IMG/VR virus record: IMGVR_UViG_3300024988_000205 | Location: 1 to 37,430 of that record | DNA length: 37,430 nt | From: a virus | Taxonomy: Duplodnaviria > Caudoviricetes | Direction: 5' to 3' (one strand) | Shown here: in pieces, positions 33,501 through 37,430 of the stretch | Layout: each line of letters begins with the position of its first letter | How positions within the stretch are numbered: position 1 is the stretch's first letter | Position numbers and translations under genes: made by a program | The notes under the pieces: model-generated | Database searches by the model: none | What the model was told of the DNA's origin: nothing | The model's input: the letters and a program-made list of their open reading frames with translations, nothing else

Positions 33501-35354
33501 CTCGGCGGACAGGTCGCGGACGGCACGACGCTGTGGGAGTGCTGCGGCTACGCCTACTCGGTGACGACGCCGGCTTTCGGCAACTACCACGAGCCGCACT
33601 TCGCGGCGATGATCTGGCGCGGCGCCCTCTACACCCGCATGTGCAATATCTCGGCGCCGGTGAACAGCGCGTGCGAGGCGCTGATGGGCAAGTGCCACAC
33701 CTACCTGTCGAACCTCTACAACACCACCGGCGAGATGGCCGGGACGTTCTGCGCCTATCCGGCGACACAGGACTGGTACGGATTCTGGCACGCCGAGATC
33801 GTCGAGACGTTGTGCTGCGTCAAGGAGTTCGGCAGCGCGTGGCACACCGCCGGCCAGCTGTCCGACTGCGATACATGGCTCGACGGCCTGGATGCGTGGA
33901 CAACCTCGAAGACACGCACCCTCGTTCCGCTCGATTGGCGCGACTTCGGCGCCGGCCTGCCCAACGGCAAGCCACGGCCGTGGTACGAGATCAAGACGAC
34001 GCAGGACAAGGAGCTGCCGAACGAGGTGTCGGTCAGCTATTCGTCGCCCGAGCAGGACTATGCCAAGGCGCTGCAGTATTCCCGCCTGCCTGGCGTGTCC
34101 GGCAGCGCGCAGAAAGCGAACGTCGACCTGCCTGTGGCGATGGCGCCCGAGGAAGCGAACAGCATCGCGTTCAGGCATCAATACCTGATGTGGGGGGAGC
34201 GCGACAAATTCACCTTCAACGTCACCCGCACGCTGGCCGAGTACGAGCCGGGTGACACCATCCCGATTCCGTTCGACGGCGTCGAGACCCCGTTCCGCAT
34301 CGAGCGCGTCGACCGGGGGGCGAATGGGCTCATCAAGATCGAGGCAGTCCCGCACCTGCCCGACGTGGTTCGCTACACCGCGACCTTCGCCGGGGCGCGT
34401 ACCGCCAGCGGCGCGCGCTCCATGCCGGGCCCCGTGGCCACGGTGTACGAGTTCTTCGAGGCACCGCTCGCGCGCGACGCAGAGGAGAACCCGGAGGGAT
34501 TCCTTGCGCCGCTGACGGGATACTCCGGCTGGCGCGGGGCGGACGTTCTGCGTTCGCCAGACAGCGGCGCGTCGTGGACAACCGAGGCCACACGCCGCGC
34601 GCCCGCGCGCCTCGGCACGGCCTATGGGCCGTTCGGTGGCGGCGTCTCGGGTGGGCTCATCGACCGCAAGACCTACATCGCCGTGAGCCTGCCGCAAGGC
34701 ACGCTCGAGAGCGTGACGCTCGACCAGATGCTGGCGGGCGCGAACCCGGCGATGATCGGCGACGAGGTCGTGCACTACCAGAACGCCGTGCTCCAGGGCG
34801 ACGGCTCGTATCTGTTGAGCGTGTTTCTGCGCGGGTGCCGTGGTACCGAATGGGCGATCGACGGACATGTGGGCAATGAGCGGTTCCTCGTGCTTGACGA
34901 GAACGTGAACCGCATGCCGATGCCGCTGGCAAACATCGGCCGGCCGTTCGACTACAAGGTGGTGTCGGTCGGGGAGGACCCCGTAGACATCACAGCGTGC
35001 CTGTACATAGCGCTCGGCCGGGCCCTCAAGCCCTATTCGCCGTGCCACCTGAAGGCGACCCGCAACGGCTCCGGCGACATTGCGTTGACCTGGTTGCGAC
35101 GCACGCGCATCGGTGGGCTGTGGCGCGACAACGTCGACGCGATGCTGTCCGAGGACTTTGAAGCGTATGAGATCGATGTGCTGTCGGACGCCGACGTGGT
35201 GCTGGCTACCTACACCGCGACATCACACACGGCCACCATCACCGCCGCCCAGCAGACTGCGCTATTCGGCGGACTGAAGCCCGGCATGAAGGTGTTGATC
35301 TATCAATTGTCGGCGAGCGTTGGACGTGGCTACCCGCTGGCCGGCACTGTTTAA
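30522..35354 (+). CDS. Central tail-tip / host-specificity protein (Phage-tail_3, GTA megatron-like) with a large internal insert
   Basis: N-terminal IPVISG, RIWFN and PAFRGRAYIVF; FDIRESAGRIEF; C-terminal ELPNEVSVSY, GANPAMIGDEVV, LRGCRGTE and LTWLRRTR. Confidence 0.88.
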   Translation: MLGGGSSKVVTTERVVSDRRGVVMGQDGLPQTQEGVAIPVISGTARVNPILMWLGPRRIVVTATTTSQNVGKGGGGETITQTSYSERHYQTWAVMIGKGPIRAIKRIWFNSVLVYSAEHWRDDDTKAESAKLADKIAFYPGTFDQMPDPTMQAYMGSTSTPAFRGRAYIVFNEVDISAFSNTVPHVTVEACADGHGGITEAADGPAPLHQIIGRVCRMCGLDDADIDCSQLSDNVLGHIIDSVSAGRNILDALKTAYLFDIRESAGRIEFLKRPQPAFRPEYEDRVFLNEKGLLINAYHGELGRAGLFSGSAGTSEGMTLLLQACAHAYRITGKQSWLDRALLVWQGLEEVCYRAPIPNGATLWLPHWLVNVRAPIEAQSYRMHTLLRFEPVTGGVEATIPVGPGYYSELANQVFVVFNPESFPISDLPNAEIVGDAVAVTKYPFELRKSPDGIQPSTVYLPGPTAALDAVVAYSYNAGALIDVNEPFEVDPVCRVLRDGEISCAPDAAEWAVASFDEMYLATGESRWLDARAAAVESLKQICDIDDGRSWFRPQPTTTAFSLTGTASYSKRMGMSAANWRRDPLSGNVTGFIPAATDLSRQFEAQIIRGLSGEERKAQDTHIRVEIGCSVPSVNRVWVFLRRSINFDADDTWYAPLTLTGGSALQTLDIPINLFRRYVSQGSNGAISTGEGLVSAVWQASHAYSAGNRRTSTTYNGYAYTATDGTSGATEPAWPLVIGNTVADGSVTWTCSGYAGFPVNETIRNVGISDWEASEHTLTIRRVRPIPEIPMPYTPYVTAFTVITMGGQISDWRGPPGSGYQFPDAWARSSEPTYMQGMLDFLLDAADEYATNYGARGPMMPVYVWYRADNEEYGAVNTWTWQWTDPNTMWAGYQYRPMQSIANAARRTGNATAKTLAGDFYQWLNGLWPGWPNYVITEIPEAIAPWEATTDYHTGSFNSDTSLIRPTVANGYLYRCVQTGSSGATEPATWPTTLGGQVADGTTLWECCGYAYSVTTPAFGNYHEPHFAAMIWRGALYTRMCNISAPVNSACEALMGKCHTYLSNLYNTTGEMAGTFCAYPATQDWYGFWHAEIVETLCCVKEFGSAWHTAGQLSDCDTWLDGLDAWTTSKTRTLVPLDWRDFGAGLPNGKPRPWYEIKTTQDKELPNEVSVSYSSPEQDYAKALQYSRLPGVSGSAQKANVDLPVAMAPEEANSIAFRHQYLMWGERDKFTFNVTRTLAEYEPGDTIPIPFDGVETPFRIERVDRGANGLIKIEAVPHLPDVVRYTATFAGARTASGARSMPGPVATVYEFFEAPLARDAEENPEGFLAPLTGYSGWRGADVLRSPDSGASWTTEATRRAPARLGTAYGPFGGGVSGGLIDRKTYIAVSLPQGTLESVTLDQMLAGANPAMIGDEVVHYQNAVLQGDGSYLLSVFLRGCRGTEWAIDGHVGNERFLVLDENVNRMPMPLANIGRPFDYKVVSVGEDPVDITACLYIALGRALKPYSPCHLKATRNGSGDIALTWLRRTRIGGLWRDNVDAMLSEDFEAYEIDVLSDADVVLATYTATSHTATITAAQQTALFGGLKPGMKVLIYQLSASVGRGYPLAGTV

Positions 35355-35363
35355 GGAGCATCA

Positions 35364-36008
35364 ATGACTACACCGCGTGCGGGCCTGCCCGAACTGGCCG
35401 CCTCCCAGGAGGCAAAAGAGGTTGTCCACAATGAAGCGCTGCGCATGATCGAGGCGCTGACTGTTGGAGGCGTCGTCACCCTGTCGCTATCCACACCGCC
35501 GGGCTCGCCGACCGAGGGCGGCGTATGGGTGGTGGGGGCGACCGCGACCGGCGCATGGGCCGGCAAGGAAAAGCAGCTCGCCCACTACACCAATGGCGCG
35601 TGGGCGTTCTATGCGCCTGCCGACGGCTGGCAGATCCACGTGATCGACGAGGACAAGCAGTATTTCTACAACGGCACCGCGTGGACGGCTTATGCAGTTG
35701 CAACGCAGGTTGACAGCGTGCAGGAAAGCGTGGCTGCGGCTGGCTCAACGGCCGGCACAGCAACCGCCCTCACCGCGCGCCTGTGCGAGGTCACAAGCAG
35801 CACGGCGGGCACGGCGGACGGCGTCAAGTTGCCCGCCATCGCCCAGGGCGAACGCTGCACGGTGTTCAACAAGACGGCCAACGCACTCAAGGTGTATCCG
35901 CCATCCGGCCAGCAGATCAATTATGGCGGAGCCGATGTCGCGCACACGCTGGCGGCGTGGGGGACGACCACCTACTACGCCGTGAAAACAGACAGCTACT
36001 ACACCTGA
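35364..36008 (+). CDS. DUF2793-family tail fibre-associated protein
   Basis: MTTPRAGLPELAASQEAKEVVHNEAL...PPGSPTEG...GAWAGKE...W.FYAP..GW. Confidence 0.85.
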   Translation: MTTPRAGLPELAASQEAKEVVHNEALRMIEALTVGGVVTLSLSTPPGSPTEGGVWVVGATATGAWAGKEKQLAHYTNGAWAFYAPADGWQIHVIDEDKQYFYNGTAWTAYAVATQVDSVQESVAAAGSTAGTATALTARLCEVTSSTAGTADGVKLPAIAQGERCTVFNKTANALKVYPPSGQQINYGGADVAHTLAAWGTTTYYAVKTDSYYT

Positions 36009-36020
36009 TCGGAGGAAACC

Positions 36021-36320
36021 ATGCAGGAAAAAATCGCAGCAGCAGCAACCTGGTGGGACAACATTTTCCAGGCGCTGGTCTTCACCGGCATCGGCATGCT
36101 GATCGCCATTGGGCAGATCCTGCAGACCAAGGAGCCGATCACGCTCAAGCAGGCGCTGGGGCGGTGCATCACCACCGGAGGCCTCGCGCTGGTGGCGGGG
36201 TCGGTGCTGGCGCTGTTCCCGGGCCTGCCGTTCATTGCGCAGATCGGCATCGCTGCGATGCTGGCCAGCCTGGGCAACTCCGGGCTGGAGCTGCTGATCC
36301 AGCGGATGTTCGGGCGCTGA
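36021..36320 (+). CDS. Holin
   Basis: 99 aa with three hydrophobic segments, GGAGG RBS, immediately before the endolysin. Confidence 0.8.
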   Translation: MQEKIAAAATWWDNIFQALVFTGIGMLIAIGQILQTKEPITLKQALGRCITTGGLALVAGSVLALFPGLPFIAQIGIAAMLASLGNSGLELLIQRMFGR

Positions 36321-36321
36321 T

Positions 36322-36855
36322 ATGCGCATCACGCTCGATCAGATCAGGGCGGTGATGCCCAGGGCATTCAGGCCAGAGCGGCTAATCGATCAGATCAATG
36401 ACGCCATGACGGAGTTCGCCATCACCTCGCCCGCGCGCCAGGCGGCGTTTCTGGCACAAGTCGCGCACGAGTCAGGCAGCCTGCGCTACGTCGAGGAGAT
36501 CGCATCCGGCCGCGCCTACGAGGGCCGGGCCGACCTCGGCAACGTGCATCCCGGCGACGGCGTGCGATTCAAGGGCCGCGGCCTGATCCAGATCACCGGG
36601 CGCGCCAATTACCGCGCCTGCTCGCTCGCGCTGCACGGCGACGAACGCCTGCTCGATCACCCCGAGATGCTGGCGGGCGTGGTCGATGCATGCCGCTCGG
36701 CGGCATGGTTCTGGCACAGCCGCCATCTCAACGATCTCGCCGACGCGGCGGACGACGACGCGTTCCGCAGGATCACCCGGCGGGTGAATGGCGGATACAA
36801 CGGCCTGGCCGACCGGCGGGCGTACTACCAGCGCGCAATGGAGGCGCTGGCATGA
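36322..36855 (+). CDS. Endolysin, glycoside hydrolase family 19
   Basis: AAFLAQVAHESG, DGVRFKGRGLIQITGRANY, SAAWFW and ITRRVNGGYNGLADR. Confidence 0.93.
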   Translation: MRITLDQIRAVMPRAFRPERLIDQINDAMTEFAITSPARQAAFLAQVAHESGSLRYVEEIASGRAYEGRADLGNVHPGDGVRFKGRGLIQITGRANYRACSLALHGDERLLDHPEMLAGVVDACRSAAWFWHSRHLNDLADAADDDAFRRITRRVNGGYNGLADRRAYYQRAMEALA

Positions 36856-37430
36856 TGCCGCGCAGATTGCCCCTCGCCGCGATCGCTATCGCCATCTTCG
36901 CCGCCGCCGCGGCGGGCTGGTGGTTTGGCCAGCCCAAGCCCGTGCAGGAAACCGCCGCGCCGGAGCAGCACCAGGCCGACGGCTCGGTGATCCTCGAGCG
37001 CCGGCCGGATCCGAAGGCCAAGCCCAAGCAGCAGATCCCGCGCAAGGCCAAGGTCGAACGCGTCGCACAGGTCGTCGTGCAGCCCGATGCGATCGCCGAG
37101 GCCGGCAAGCCCTGCCCGCCGGTCACCGTCGACATGACCCTGATCCGCGAGCCCGACGGCATGCGCCGCGTCCTGGCCAGCAGCCCCGACGGCCAGATCG
37201 TCGGCGGCATCGATGTCCCTGTCGACACCGCAGCACCGCCAGAGCCGCCCAAGCGCTGGGGCGCGGGCATTTCATGGTCGCCGGCGGATTCGACTGCGGG
37301 CGTGTGGATCGAGCGCGACGTGCCGGTGTTCAGCCGGGTCGTGCGGGTGGGGGCGGAGGTCAACCAGGCGCGCGTCGGGATCGATGCGGGCGGGATCGAG
37401 ACCCGGGTGCGGGTGGGGTTCGCGTTCTAG
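36852..37430 (+). CDS. Membrane-anchored lysis-region protein (spanin position)
   Basis: N-terminal TM helix, Pro-rich linker, C-terminal amphipathic beta strands ending RVRVGFAF; ATGA-coupled to the endolysin. Confidence 0.6.
   Translation: MMPRRLPLAAIAIAIFAAAAAGWWFGQPKPVQETAAPEQHQADGSVILERRPDPKAKPKQQIPRKAKVERVAQVVVQPDAIAEAGKPCPPVTVDMTLIREPDGMRRVLASSPDGQIVGGIDVPVDTAAPPEPPKRWGAGISWSPADSTAGVWIERDVPVFSRVVRVGAEVNQARVGIDAGGIETRVRVGFAF

Larger units (their letters stand above)
1..37430. mobile_element. Lambdoid temperate phage / prophage (siphovirus-like, cos packaging)
   Basis: Ordered modules int-xis / early genes / cI-cro-cII / primase-helicase / terminase-portal-capsid / tail / holin-endolysin. 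Att sites lie outside the window. Confidence 0.97.

Noticed and set aside
11116-35048. Long minus-strand ORFs (e.g. 11116-12627, 23657-25513, 25994-27748, 30525-32387, 32559-35048)
   Set aside because: Antisense shadows of high-GC coding genes, with no motifs or RBSs.
30522-36008. Diversity-generating retroelement or invertible tail-fibre system
   Set aside because: No reverse transcriptase, invertase or near-identical template/variable repeat pair seen; the two tail repeats are diverged protein modules.

Overview
The window is an apparently complete lambdoid (long-tailed, cos-type) temperate phage or prophage of a high-GC, probably betaproteobacterial host. It runs from the integrase stop codon (1) to the last lysis-region gene (37430); no attL/attR flanks are included. 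Layout: leftward early operon (int, xis, accessory genes, 1-6504), immunity region with OL/OR operators, cI, cro and cII (6660-10023), primase-VapE helicase with an inverted-repeat origin (10201-12726), cos and terminase, head, tail, GTA-like tail tip and lysis genes. The standout feature is a complete integron inside the phage early-left operon: an intact integron integrase (1576-2598), an attI (crossover 2659/2660) and three cassettes bounded by attC sites (2917-3003, 3295-3360, 3932-4001). Every cassette ORF is antisense to its attC and co-oriented with intI and the phage pL transcript. None has a stop codon within its own cassette; each ends in the neighbouring att site, and attC2 supplies a Shine-Dalgarno, a stop and a start codon. 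This looks like a phage-domesticated integron that shuffles early genes. All family assignments come from motif recognition by eye; no searches were run.
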